Shown here one piece after another: positions 25,719 through 35,756 of a stretch of DNA of 64,000 nucleotides. The position numbers were made by a program, and so were the translations under genes. The stretch spans positions 186,001 through 250,000 of IMG/VR virus record IMGVR_UViG_3300027770_000025. One strand, written 5' to 3'. A model generated the notes under the pieces. The model did not search any database. It had not been told where the DNA came from and saw nothing but the letters and a program-made list of their open reading frames with translations. Position 1 is the stretch's first letter; each line of letters begins with the position of its first letter.

Positions 25719-27506
25719 TTAAACAATCGAGCTTAACCATTTTTTTCTCTCCATTGCAGACTTACCAAATGCCATATCTAAATGGTACTTAGTTTTCTTG
25801 TCTTCAATTAAGACCGTTATCCTTTTATCCTTCATCACATAATCCCAGTCTTCAAGAGATAATGAGCCAAGTCCTTTTAGGTATCTTACGTTTCCTTTAT
25901 CAGATTTACCCGATCCCTTCTTAAATTCTTCAAGTGAGTAGAAATACTTTTTAGCCTTATCCCCGGTAGTAACTAAGGGTGTTTCCAAAAACTGTATTCT
26001 TCCCTGTTTAATCATCCAAGGGAACCAAAGATAAAATAGATTTATTAAGAGTGAAGTAATGTGTGCTCCGTCAGGATCCTGGTCAGTAGCTATAACAACC
26101 CTGTCAAATGGACACTGTATATTTTGTCCCTCTGGATCCAGATTTAATATCTGCATCAATTCTAAAATTTCTCTGTTATCAGAAAGATCAGATAAGCTTC
26201 TTGCATTTTTAATCTTTCCCTTTAACGCATAAACAGCTTCTTTCTTAGGATCTCTTTTTTGTAATATAGATCCCATGGCACTAAGTCCTTCCACTATAAA
26301 AAGAGTTTCTGGTCTGGAGGATGCAGAGGGAAAGTATTTATTTGATTGTTTTATTCTAATTGATTTCTTATCCCTTCTTATCTTTTTTAGCTCGGTCTCT
26401 TTTTTTCTGGCATCTACAGCCTTCCTAATGTTCTTGTAAACCTCGCTCTTAAAGAATCTAGCCAATATAGGATCAAAGTGTTTTGCTATGGTTGGCTCTA
26501 CCTCTTCTCTTTTAGAAACGAATTTAGTCTTATTCTGATCACCGAATCTAACGATGCCAGGGGAAAGATTCAATACAATTAATGTGTCGTAAAAATGGTG
26601 TCCCAAAGAATCATCCAGCTGTCCGTTGATTCTATCAAGAATTATCTTTTGGTGGATGCCAGTACAAAGAGCACTGTTTACAAAAGAGAAAGATCCAGAC
26701 TCCGAAGTTTTTTCCCAGATTAGTATTTCACCTATCGGTGTTTTTGCAGTCCAATCGGGTGAAAGGAGACTTGTTATATTCTCTGTTTTTCCATCCCAAA
26801 TGAAATCAATCTTAAGGCTGGCAGTTTTAGATTCGGTCTCTAATACTCTTTTCTTTAAACAAAGGTATGATTTTATTGTTTGATAATCCCATTTTGAGTT
26901 ATCAAAAACCTGGTGATTTGGTATGAAGGTTACTCTAGTCCCTGTTTGCCTACTCTTTGCTTTAGGGGTAACCTTAGCAGAAGATGCTTTAAAAGTTTTC
27001 CAAGTCTGTAAATAAGCTTCATTTGGATTGACCGTTTCAATCTCAAACATATTTGATAAGGCATTAACTAAGCTAACCCCCATACCATTCGTTCCTACGA
27101 GGGTTTCTGTGATTGAATCATTATCAAAATTGGATCCAGAACGGAGCATGGAAACAGCAGTTTCGATGTTACTTAGACCACTCTTTTTGTTTATCGTAGA
27201 TCCGTTGGTAAATCCGTCTCCGGTATCGGTAATAGAAACAGAATTCTCTTTTATGTTAACATCGACTATTATTTTCTTCATCGGTGTAGACATCCTTTTT
27301 GCTTCGTCTACCGAGTTTGAAAACACTTCATCAAATAACTTATACATTCCAACCGAATGTTCTTTTACGACGCCCTTAATGATGCCTGCGTCAATTATAG
27401 GAAGTGTTTCCTCGCTCCTTTTAACACTGCCAACATAGATTGTTGGTCTTTTTATAATGTGTTCAAAATCTGTAAGAACCTCGATGGTCTTATTAACTTT
27501 ACTCAT
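25719..27506 (-). CDS. Type IIA topoisomerase subunit B (gp39+60/GyrB-like)
   Basis: HIIKRPTIYVGS, EVFSNSVDE, DTGDG, GTNGMG, VEGLSA, LKGKIKN, DQDPDG, RYLKGLGS. Confidence 0.95.
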   Translation of the reverse strand: MSKVNKTIEVLTDFEHIIKRPTIYVGSVKRSEETLPIIDAGIIKGVVKEHSVGMYKLFDEVFSNSVDEAKRMSTPMKKIIVDVNIKENSVSITDTGDGFTNGSTINKKSGLSNIETAVSMLRSGSNFDNDSITETLVGTNGMGVSLVNALSNMFEIETVNPNEAYLQTWKTFKASSAKVTPKAKSRQTGTRVTFIPNHQVFDNSKWDYQTIKSYLCLKKRVLETESKTASLKIDFIWDGKTENITSLLSPDWTAKTPIGEILIWEKTSESGSFSFVNSALCTGIHQKIILDRINGQLDDSLGHHFYDTLIVLNLSPGIVRFGDQNKTKFVSKREEVEPTIAKHFDPILARFFKSEVYKNIRKAVDARKKETELKKIRRDKKSIRIKQSNKYFPSASSRPETLFIVEGLSAMGSILQKRDPKKEAVYALKGKIKNARSLSDLSDNREILELMQILNLDPEGQNIQCPFDRVVIATDQDPDGAHITSLLINLFYLWFPWMIKQGRIQFLETPLVTTGDKAKKYFYSLEEFKKGSGKSDKGNVRYLKGLGSLSLEDWDYVMKDKRITVLIEDKKTKYHLDMAFGKSAMERKKWLSSIV

Positions 27507-27561
27507 ATTTTTATGTAATTAGATCCGGAGATTATATGCTTAGATCAATCAAAGTTTCAAT

Positions 27562-27595
27562 AAAAAACTCCAACATTTAAAAAATATTGGAGTTT
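27562..27595 (-). terminator. Rho-independent terminator
   Basis: AAACTCCAA/TTGGAGTTT stem plus U-tract. Confidence 0.7.
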
Positions 27596-27619
27596 AAGTT
27601 ATTTAAAGGGATCTAATAA

Positions 27620-28156
27620 TTAAGATTTATTAAAATAAATCTCCATTATTTGATCTGGTGATATTTTAACAGTGTAGTAGTCTTTTAAACTTGGCTCTCT
27701 TTTAATCTTGCTTACAAAAGAAGCAGGAATACCGATTAAATAATCCTTTCCGATCTCTCTAACAACTCCTTCGATAGCATATTCAGAGTCAACAAAAACG
27801 TTAATTTCGTCTCTGTATTCTTCATCCTCTGGCCTATCAGCTCTTTCGATTCTACTTCCGTATATAGCTTGTTGTCTTTGAGCCATTCTTTCTCTTTCCT
27901 TTGTCATTAAATCCCTAACATATCCAGGAGCATTTTTACCTTGGGTAGGTAAATCTGCAATAACATTAACGGAAGCAAGCTCGCCAGCTTCAACCTTGTT
28001 TAAAAGCCCTTCAATAACCGCAGGAATTTGGGTCCATTTAATTTCCATTTCTGGTTTAGACTTTGTATCCTTTACGAATTCTGCCTCATCATAAACTGGG
28101 ATAGCGCCTTCGTTTACCTGATTTTCGTAAGATTCATATTCTAGTAAATGTTTCAT
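27620..28156 (-). CDS. Hypothetical protein (start revised to MKHLLEYESY)
   Basis: The ORF-track start overlaps the GATATATA box at 28177-28184; next ATG is 28156. Confidence 0.65.
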   Translation of the reverse strand: MKHLLEYESYENQVNEGAIPVYDEAEFVKDTKSKPEMEIKWTQIPAVIEGLLNKVEAGELASVNVIADLPTQGKNAPGYVRDLMTKERERMAQRQQAIYGSRIERADRPEDEEYRDEINVFVDSEYAIEGVVREIGKDYLIGIPASFVSKIKREPSLKDYYTVKISPDQIMEIYFNKS

Positions 28157-28193
28157 TAATTTAATATTTTTTTCTTTATATATCATTTATTTA

Positions 28194-28940
28194 TTATAAA
28201 TAGTCCTTTATGTTAGCATAGGTAGCCAACGCATTGTACTTTCTGGTCTCTTCTGGTGGTAGATTAGTCATTTGTTTATACATTAGCACCCTATCTTCAT
28301 CTCCCATCTCCGGCCAATACTCTTCTAGAGCCTGTTGATAAGCCATTCCTTTTTCCATTAGCGCAAAGATGGAATACAAAGTTGTTTTAGTGACTGAATT
28401 ATCAGCACAATTGAAATTCCGACCAACCGTCTGAGGTGCTCCCTCCAGAGATGTGAGATGATTGTGACGACAATTGAAATCCCCGTCAACGCTCTGTGGT
28501 GCTCCCACCAGTGAGGTGAGCTCATTGTTACGACAATTGAAACTCCACCCAACCGTCTGAGGTGCTCCCTCCAGTGTGGTGAGCCGATTGTCATAGCAAT
28601 TGAAACTCCCACCAACCGTCTGAGGTGCTCCCTCCAGTGAGGTGAGCTCATTGTCGTCACAATAGAAACCCGCACCAACGGTCTGAGGTGCTCCCCCCAG
28701 TGTGGTGAGCCGATTGTTATAACAAACGAAATCCCCACTCACGTCTCCGAACTTAACACCTTTAAGATCTGTCAGACCCTGTTCGCTACAATAGAAACTC
28801 CCAACCACATCAACAAGACCTGTTTGTGGATTAAGCTTCCATTTTCTTTTTACACATTTATCCAACCAGCCAATCTGCTTCGCTGTAAGTGCAGCTGTCG
28901 CACTGGCTTCGAATAGTGCATATGGTAAAACATGTTTCAT
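28194..28940 (-). CDS. Leucine-rich-repeat-like protein with 21-aa repeats
   Basis: Units LTxLxGAPQxVxxxFxCxxN; N-term MKHVLPYALFE. Confidence 0.8.
   Translation of the reverse strand: MKHVLPYALFEASATAALTAKQIGWLDKCVKRKWKLNPQTGLVDVVGSFYCSEQGLTDLKGVKFGDVSGDFVCYNNRLTTLGGAPQTVGAGFYCDDNELTSLEGAPQTVGGSFNCYDNRLTTLEGAPQTVGWSFNCRNNELTSLVGAPQSVDGDFNCRHNHLTSLEGAPQTVGRNFNCADNSVTKTTLYSIFALMEKGMAYQQALEEYWPEMGDEDRVLMYKQMTNLPPEETRKYNALATYANIKDYL
28400..28740 (-). repeat. 63-nt coding tandem repeat, ~5 units plus a degenerate one
   Basis: GGTGCT anchor ends at 28440, 28503 and 28566, giving a 63-nt period. Confidence 0.9.
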
Positions 28941-29022
28941 GGATCATTATATATCTAAAAATTAATGGTGGTTTATATGCAGTTCACAGGGATCGCTATT
29001 TTAATCTAGATTTATAAAGCAA

Positions 29023-29053
29023 AAATAAAGCAGACCGAAGTCTGCTTTATTTA
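29023..29053 (-). terminator. Rho-independent terminator
   Basis: AATAAAGCAGAC-CGAA-GTCTGCTTTATT perfect hairpin. Confidence 0.85.
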
Positions 29054-29078
29054 ATAAACATATTTTAAATTTAATAAA

Positions 29079-30344
29079 TTATCTTCTTTGCATTTGCTGA
29101 GCTTTTTCAGCTGCTTGCATCTGCTGGATCTTCTTCATTTTCTCTTCCGATCCCTTTTTATAGAAGTCCATATTTTTTCTTAATCTCGTCTTCTCATCCT
29201 CAGGTAAGGTGTTAAAGAATGGTGCACTTAAGATTGCTGCGGTCTTTTCTACAGATAAATCAGGATTTCCTATATAATATGCGCAAAGTGAATATTCATC
29301 CAGAAGTCTCCATTGCCATATCTCGGGCTCAACGAATAGGATATCACCAGTTCCCCTTGTTTTTATAGCAATATCACCATAAGCAAAAGCAATAAGAAAT
29401 CTTTTCTGATCTCTAAGTTTTCTCATAGTATGGAAAACAGCTTCTAGTCTTTCTGGTCTGTATTCCCAAGCTCTAGAATAGCACTCAGTAACTTCTTTGT
29501 CGGATGCACCAATCTTCTCTTTAATTTTAGCAATCATATACATTGAGTAATAAACTTCCTCTGGCCATTCCCCCATGTTGATTCTTTTCTCGTAAGCCTC
29601 GATAGCTTTCTCGTGTTGCTCTGAATCCCTGTAGCTTTGTGCTAGATAAAACATATATCTGGTGTTATTAGGCTCATCGACTAGAGCTTTTTCTAATATA
29701 ATAGCATCATTAGCATATTTTTCCTGTAATGAATTAGCTCTTTTTAATGGTGAGATATCAGCAATAACATAAGACATTGGAATTATACCCTGTGAAATCT
29801 CGGGCTTGTCCAAATGTAGGTATTCATGGAGTACCCCTTTATAAACCCAGTCCTGATCTGATTTTACAATCTGTACCCTATGGTATTGTAATGTGTTCAG
29901 TTTATATAAAATCTGATATCCGTCAGGCTCATTTGTTAATCCTACAAATGGATTAGTTCCGGGAACTTCAGGATAGAATGTATCATCCGCATCTATTATC
30001 CATCTGTAATCGCATCTTCCCTTTGCTAGTTCTAAACTCTCTGTTCTATTAACCTCAAAGTTAACCCAAGGTCTTTCGTGGAGCTCACCCTTAATATTAA
30101 GTTCTGCTGTTGTTTCTCTAATGACATTCAAAGTGTTATCCTTAGATCCCGTATCAACTATAACCCAATACGAAATATACGGGGCAACAGCTTTTAAACA
30201 TTTTGCTATTGTATCTTCCTCGTCTTTTACTATCATAACCAAGCATAAGGATATTTCTTGCTTGTTAGATAAAGGTTTTGACATTGATGCAGTTATGGGT
30301 TTTATTTTCCCCATAGGGACTGCTTTTTTCTTAAATTTACTCAT
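29079..30344 (-). CDS. GT2 glycosyltransferase with TPR repeats
   Basis: LVMIVKDEE, VDTGSKDNT, IIDADD, WVYKGVLHE; TPR RYMFYLAQSYRD. Confidence 0.88.
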   Translation of the reverse strand: MSKFKKKAVPMGKIKPITASMSKPLSNKQEISLCLVMIVKDEEDTIAKCLKAVAPYISYWVIVDTGSKDNTLNVIRETTAELNIKGELHERPWVNFEVNRTESLELAKGRCDYRWIIDADDTFYPEVPGTNPFVGLTNEPDGYQILYKLNTLQYHRVQIVKSDQDWVYKGVLHEYLHLDKPEISQGIIPMSYVIADISPLKRANSLQEKYANDAIILEKALVDEPNNTRYMFYLAQSYRDSEQHEKAIEAYEKRINMGEWPEEVYYSMYMIAKIKEKIGASDKEVTECYSRAWEYRPERLEAVFHTMRKLRDQKRFLIAFAYGDIAIKTRGTGDILFVEPEIWQWRLLDEYSLCAYYIGNPDLSVEKTAAILSAPFFNTLPEDEKTRLRKNMDFYKKGSEEKMKKIQQMQAAEKAQQMQRR

Positions 30345-30371
30345 TGGTTGTATATTTTAATTATTATAGAT

Positions 30372-31022
30372 CTATTTTTTGTTTTTCCTCCTCTTTTTTG
30401 GAAATAAAGTAAAGTTATCCGGTTCATCTATTTCATTAAAGGTTATTGTGATTTCATGGCCAGATTCTCCGCTAAGTGTACTAATTTTTTTTATGTTCCT
30501 ATTAAAATCTTTAAGTCTTATAGATTCCACGTTTATCTCTGAGTTTTCATATAGCCAGTATTTTATTTCATGATAATTCTTTTCAAAAACTGAGTATCCA
30601 AATTTAGAATCACACTGGGATATTTTAATCTTAAAAGTTCTAAGTCTTTTTGAAAAAATCTCTAATGAAATCATATTATGCGGATTACCCGATGCTACCA
30701 ATCTATTTTCTAAATCCAATATAAATAAACACTTATATTCCCCTAACATAGCTGACTGGCTAGATATTCCTGATTTTTCTAATGAGTTCTTTATACTTTC
30801 GTATGGGTCTTCTGGAGAATATACATCAACAAAACAGGATATTTCCGAAGTTTCAAAATCCCTAATTGTTCTTACCTCTAGATCTGAATGCTCTTTGAAT
30901 ACACCAAGTATTATATTAAGGGAATCCTGTAGTAGGATTCTTTTCTTTTGTATTTGATTTTTTTCTTCAGAAATTTTTTCTTTTAGAGACCTCACAAAAT
31001 TCCCAGATATACTTTCTGTCAT
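30372..31022 (-). CDS. Hypothetical protein
   Basis: 216 aa ORF. Confidence 0.6.
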   Translation of the reverse strand: MTESISGNFVRSLKEKISEEKNQIQKKRILLQDSLNIILGVFKEHSDLEVRTIRDFETSEISCFVDVYSPEDPYESIKNSLEKSGISSQSAMLGEYKCLFILDLENRLVASGNPHNMISLEIFSKRLRTFKIKISQCDSKFGYSVFEKNYHEIKYWLYENSEINVESIRLKDFNRNIKKISTLSGESGHEITITFNEIDEPDNFTLFPKKRRKNKK

Positions 31023-31031
31023 GGTCTAGAT

Positions 31032-31658
31032 TTATTTTTTTGATTTCAAACCAAGTCTTTCCCTGACTTGTTTTAGCACTTTATCCTTTCCTTCGTTAGC
31101 TTCTACCTTTATAAGCTTACGACTTTTTTGATAAAAGTCTAATAATGGAAAAGTCTTCTCGTGATATTCTTTGAATCTTTTCTCAACTATTTCTTCGCTA
31201 GCATCATCTTTTCTATTCTCTTCCTTAGCTCTGCTTTTTATTCTTTCCCTGGCTACTTTATCAGGAAGATCTAAGTAAATGGCATGATTCAAACCTAAGC
31301 CCATTCTACCTAAAAGAGAATCTAGTCTTTTTGCTTGCTTTATCGTTCTAGGAAATCCATCAAGTATAACATTAGAACTGGGATCAATTTTTTTAAGTTC
31401 AGCCCTGAGCATTTTTATCATCATATTATCAGGAAGTAGATTTCCAGCATCTATGATTTTTTTTATATCTTCATCTTTGGAATTTCTTATTAGATCACCA
31501 GTTGACAAGTGGATAAAGTTATAGTCTTTTTTTAATTCCTTAGATAATGTTCCCTTACCTGATCCAGGTGCTCCTAAGATAACAAGGATTTTACCCTGGT
31601 TATCAGGAAGTTGTCTTTCATTTAGTGCAAAATCTTCAAAAGTTTTTATTCTTTCCAT
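31032..31658 (-). CDS. adk: Adenylate kinase, short-lid type (start revised to MERIKTFEDF)
   Basis: GAPGSGKGT, HLSTGDLIR, LDGFPRT, R..DD; the ORF-track start lies inside nrdA. Confidence 0.9.
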   Translation of the reverse strand: MERIKTFEDFALNERQLPDNQGKILVILGAPGSGKGTLSKELKKDYNFIHLSTGDLIRNSKDEDIKKIIDAGNLLPDNMMIKMLRAELKKIDPSSNVILDGFPRTIKQAKRLDSLLGRMGLGLNHAIYLDLPDKVARERIKSRAKEENRKDDASEEIVEKRFKEYHEKTFPLLDFYQKSRKLIKVEANEGKDKVLKQVRERLGLKSKK

Positions 31659-31672
31659 CTTTTTAATATTTT

Positions 31673-34153
31673 TTATGATCCACAGGCGATACAATCGTCT
31701 GGGTTGTCCAAGCTACAAACTATTCCGGATGTAAGCTCTTCCTCTGCTGCTTTGCTTAATTCCTCGCTAGTCATGCTTCCTAAGTCTATTTTCTTGGATT
31801 CAGTTTCGACGTCCTCCATTCTTTTAAGAGATTCTTTAGCTTTGGCCATATCTATCCCTAATCCTGCAATTGCATCAACAGCAGATTTAGTTCTTAGGTA
31901 GTACATACCAGTTTTAAGCCCTAGCTCCCAAGAGTGAAAATGTGCTGCCGTTAATTTAGCAGAGTTAACACCCTCGATGAATAGATTTAGAGACTGTGAC
32001 TGACAGATAAATTTACCTCTATCAGCTGACATTTGGATTAGATCCTTTTGTTTGATCTCCCATACTGTCTTATAAACTTCTCTGATCTCCTGAGGTATTT
32101 GTGGGATATTCTGAACAGATCCTTTGTGTAAGATAATAAGATTTTTCATATCCTCACTCCAAAGATCTAATGAGATTAAATCCTTAACAAGGTGTTTATT
32201 AACTAAAACAAATTCTCCACTTAATGTTCTTCTCGTATAGATATTAGATGTGAAAGGTTCGAAAGCTTCGTTATTACCCATGATCTGAGCTGTTGAAGCA
32301 GTTGGCATAGGGGCTAACAATAAAGAATTTCTAGCTCCATTCTTCATAACATCCTTTCTTAATTTAGCCCAATCCCATCTTCCTGAAAGTTGCTCGTCTT
32401 TAAATCCCCAAAGATTGAATTGGAAATCACCTTTACTTAATGGTGATCCGTCAAAGGTTTCATATTTACCGTCTTTTTTAGCTAACTCCATTGAAGCTGT
32501 CATAGCTGCAAAGTATATAGTTTCGAAAACTTCCTCGTTGGTTTTCATAGCTTCCTCAGAAGTAAATGCTATTCTCATATTAGCAAAAAGATCTGCTAAG
32601 CCTTGGATACCGATACCAATTGGTCTATGTCTAAAGTTAGATTTTTTTGTCTCGGGTGTTGGATAATAATTAATATCAATAACCCTATTTAAGTTGACCG
32701 TTGTTTGATAGGCAACATCATATAATGCTTTATGATCAACCTCACATTTACCTCTGTTAATCTTAGCAGTTCTTGCGTCTGTTGATTTTAAGAACTTATT
32801 AACAGGTATAGAAGCTAAGTTACAAACTGCTTGCTCATCTTTATCAGTGTATTCTAATATCTCTGTACAGAGATTTGAACTTTTAATCGTTCCAAGGTTT
32901 TGTTGATTTGATTTTCTATTAGCAGCATCTTTATAAAGCATATAAGGTGTTCCCGTTTCAATCTGGGAATCAATCACTTTGGTCCAAAGTTCTCTCGCTT
33001 TAATAACCTTTCTTGCTTTACCTGCAGCTTCAGCTTCAATATAAGCTTTTTCGAATTCGTCACCGTAAAGTTCCCAGAGTCCGGGAACGTCGGAAGGAGA
33101 GAACAATGACCAATCCTCACTGGCCTTAACTCTCTTCATGAATAGATCAGAGATCCAAAGTGCTAGAAAAAGATCTCTCGCTCTTAGTTCTTCTTTACCT
33201 GTATTCTTTCTTAGGTCTAAGAAATCTTCAATATCTGCATGCCAAGGCTCGATATAAATAGCAAAGGATCCTTTTCTTTTTCCCCCACCCTGATCTACGT
33301 ATCTTGCAGTTTCATTGAATACTTTTAGCATCGGAACGATACCATTTGATGTACCATTTGTTCCTTTGATATAAGAACCAGTACTTCTAATATTATGTAT
33401 GGCCAAACCTATACCTCCAGCATTCTGTGATATGGTGGCTACATCGGTTAAAGTTTTATAAATACCCTGTATAGAGTCATCAGACATTGTTAAAAGAAAA
33501 CAAGAAGATAATTGGGGTTTTCTAGTACCTGCATTAAATAATGTAGGCGTAGCGTGTGTCATCATATGGGTAGATAAAAGTTCGTATGTTTTAAGAACGT
33601 TCTTTGTGTCTTCTCCCCAAATTCCAGCAGCAACTCTCATATACATGTGTTGAGGACTTTCAGCTGGCTGTCCTTTCATCTTTAAAAGATAACTTTTCTC
33701 TAATGTTTTAAATCCAAAATATTCAAAATTAAAATCCCTTTCATGTATAATACCACCATCAAACTTCTGTTTGTTTTTCATAACAGAGCTATATGTTTCT
33801 TCGTTGATTAAACCTGCAGGTTGATTAGTTTCTGGATCTATGTAAGAATATAGATCTTGAATTGTTTCCGAGAATTTTTTCTTAGTTGATTTGTGTAATT
33901 TAGATACCGCAATTCTAGATGCCAATACCGAATAGTCCGGATGTTTTGGTATTAAAGAAGCTGCTGTTTCTGCTGCAAGATTATCTAGTTCATCTGTTGT
34001 AATACCGTCATAAATTCCTGCAATTACTTTTTGTGCGATTTCAATCGGATCAATATAATCCCCATTTAGACCATAAGTCATTTTTCTTACTCTGTTTGAT
34101 ATCTTCTCGAATCTCACGGGCTCTTTCGAACCATCCCTTTTTATTACCTGCAT
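31673..34153 (-). CDS. nrdA: Class Ia ribonucleotide reductase alpha subunit with ATP cone
   Basis: VIKRDG ATP cone, ATPTLFNAG, SSCFL, SNLCTEI, C-terminal CxxC. Confidence 0.97.
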   Translation of the reverse strand: MQVIKRDGSKEPVRFEKISNRVRKMTYGLNGDYIDPIEIAQKVIAGIYDGITTDELDNLAAETAASLIPKHPDYSVLASRIAVSKLHKSTKKKFSETIQDLYSYIDPETNQPAGLINEETYSSVMKNKQKFDGGIIHERDFNFEYFGFKTLEKSYLLKMKGQPAESPQHMYMRVAAGIWGEDTKNVLKTYELLSTHMMTHATPTLFNAGTRKPQLSSCFLLTMSDDSIQGIYKTLTDVATISQNAGGIGLAIHNIRSTGSYIKGTNGTSNGIVPMLKVFNETARYVDQGGGKRKGSFAIYIEPWHADIEDFLDLRKNTGKEELRARDLFLALWISDLFMKRVKASEDWSLFSPSDVPGLWELYGDEFEKAYIEAEAAGKARKVIKARELWTKVIDSQIETGTPYMLYKDAANRKSNQQNLGTIKSSNLCTEILEYTDKDEQAVCNLASIPVNKFLKSTDARTAKINRGKCEVDHKALYDVAYQTTVNLNRVIDINYYPTPETKKSNFRHRPIGIGIQGLADLFANMRIAFTSEEAMKTNEEVFETIYFAAMTASMELAKKDGKYETFDGSPLSKGDFQFNLWGFKDEQLSGRWDWAKLRKDVMKNGARNSLLLAPMPTASTAQIMGNNEAFEPFTSNIYTRRTLSGEFVLVNKHLVKDLISLDLWSEDMKNLIILHKGSVQNIPQIPQEIREVYKTVWEIKQKDLIQMSADRGKFICQSQSLNLFIEGVNSAKLTAAHFHSWELGLKTGMYYLRTKSAVDAIAGLGIDMAKAKESLKRMEDVETESKKIDLGSMTSEELSKAAEEELTSGIVCSLDNPDDCIACGS

Positions 34154-34175
34154 TTTTTAGTTTAATTATTTTTAT

Positions 34176-35159
34176 TTAGAAGTCTGTGTCGAAGTCGAAC
34201 GAATCTTCTGATTTGTTCATTACCCCTGATTTTTGATACTCGCCAACTCTTTTTTCAAAGAAGTTAGTTTTCCCCTGTAGTGAAATGTTTGCCATGAAAT
34301 CGAAAGGATTTTCTACATTGTATACTCTAGAACATCCTAAATCCATAAGCAATCTATCAGCTACAAACTCAAGATATTGTTTCATCAAATCTGAATTCAT
34401 TCCTATTAATCTAACTGGAAGCGATTCGGTAATGAACTCTTTTTCAATCTCTAGAGCGCTCATAATAATTTCTTTGATTCTTTCCTCCGAAACTTTATTT
34501 GATAAATGATTATTATGCAACATAACAGCAAAATCTGTGTGCATTCCTTCGTCTCTCGAGATTAGCTCATTAGAGAAAGATAGACCTGGCATAAGCCCTC
34601 TTTTCTTTAACCAGAAAATAGAACAGAAAGATCCACTAAAGAAAATACCTTCCACTGCGGCAAACGCCACGACTCTTTCTTGAAAGTGCGGTGAGTCTAT
34701 CCATTTAAGTGCCCACTCAGCTTTTTTCTTAACAGCAGGAATAGTATCGATTGCATGGAGAAGAGTGCTTTTTTCTTCCGGATCTTGAATATATGTGTCA
34801 ATTAAAAGAGAATAAGTCTCTGAGTGTATATTCTCCATCATTATTTGGAAACTATAAAAGAACTTTGCCTCAGTGTATTGAACTTCAGACAAAAAGTTCT
34901 CAGCCAGATTTTCATTTACTATACCATCGGAAGCTGCAAAGAAAGCTAAAACGTTCTTGATGAAATATCTCTCGTCGTCGCTTAATCTGTTTCTCCAATC
35001 GTTTAAATCCTGAGCTAGGTCAATTTCCTCCGCTGTCCATATGCAAGCTTGTTGTTGTTTATACATCTGCCAGATGTCGTGGTGCTCTATTGGAAATAAA
35101 ACAAACCTATCTGGGTTTTCTTGCAGAATAGGCTCAGGTATAGAATAAAAATCTTTCAT
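34176..35159 (-). CDS. nrdB: Ribonucleotide reductase beta subunit
   Basis: [44 protein letters not shown]. Confidence 0.97.
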   Translation of the reverse strand: MKDFYSIPEPILQENPDRFVLFPIEHHDIWQMYKQQQACIWTAEEIDLAQDLNDWRNRLSDDERYFIKNVLAFFAASDGIVNENLAENFLSEVQYTEAKFFYSFQIMMENIHSETYSLLIDTYIQDPEEKSTLLHAIDTIPAVKKKAEWALKWIDSPHFQERVVAFAAVEGIFFSGSFCSIFWLKKRGLMPGLSFSNELISRDEGMHTDFAVMLHNNHLSNKVSEERIKEIIMSALEIEKEFITESLPVRLIGMNSDLMKQYLEFVADRLLMDLGCSRVYNVENPFDFMANISLQGKTNFFEKRVGEYQKSGVMNKSEDSFDFDTDF

Positions 35160-35176
35160 GTTTTTAATTAGTTTTT

Positions 35177-35656
35177 TTAATAATTGTTTTCTTGTCTTCT
35201 GATATTTTCTTTATTCTTACTTAAATAATAATTATAAAGCTCATCTGCGGTCATACCAACAGAGACCATCATATTAAATAAGAAATGCTGAATATCAACC
35301 AGCTCCATTTTAAGTTCTTTAACATCTTCTGGAGACAGGTCAGATACCTTCATGGAATAAGCTTTCTTGTGATTACTTTTCCATGGCTTCCAAACTGCGT
35401 TACCAATCGATGTTTCTCCATTATTAGAAACACCGCCTAGAGCGTCATATGCTTCCGATATTTCATCATCTATTGCTCTGGTGTTCCAGAGCCAGAAGTC
35501 TTTAATCTCTCCTAAAGAAAGATTTGCGAAATCGTAACCATAGACTTTCTCCTGGGTGTTTTTTTGGAGTGTCATTAATGTGCCCAAGTGATGCGTGGAC
35601 TTTACGTAGTCGTCCTCAACGGGAAGATCTTTGCATTGATTGTCTGTATTTGCCAT
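35177..35656 (-). CDS. T4 gp56-like dCTPase/dUTPase (all-alpha NTP pyrophosphatase)
   Basis: [48 protein letters not shown]. Confidence 0.88.
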   Translation of the reverse strand: MANTDNQCKDLPVEDDYVKSTHHLGTLMTLQKNTQEKVYGYDFANLSLGEIKDFWLWNTRAIDDEISEAYDALGGVSNNGETSIGNAVWKPWKSNHKKAYSMKVSDLSPEDVKELKMELVDIQHFLFNMMVSVGMTADELYNYYLSKNKENIRRQENNY

Positions 35657-35756
35657 ATTTGTGATTTTTGACTAGGTTTTTTTGTCTATGCCTCCACCAC
35701 CGGGTTTTTTATATATCGATCTGTTTCCGGGGACAGGGGCTTGACGTGATTTATTT

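Noticed and set aside
28358-28738. Alternative-frame repeat ORF (SPHWREHLRRL)
   Set aside because: It is a by-product of the coding repeat; the other frame has a start, a promoter box and an LRR pattern
28400-28740. 63-nt periodic repeat as a CRISPR array
   Set aside because: The period is a multiple of 3, lies inside an open frame, has no unique spacers, and no cas genes are present
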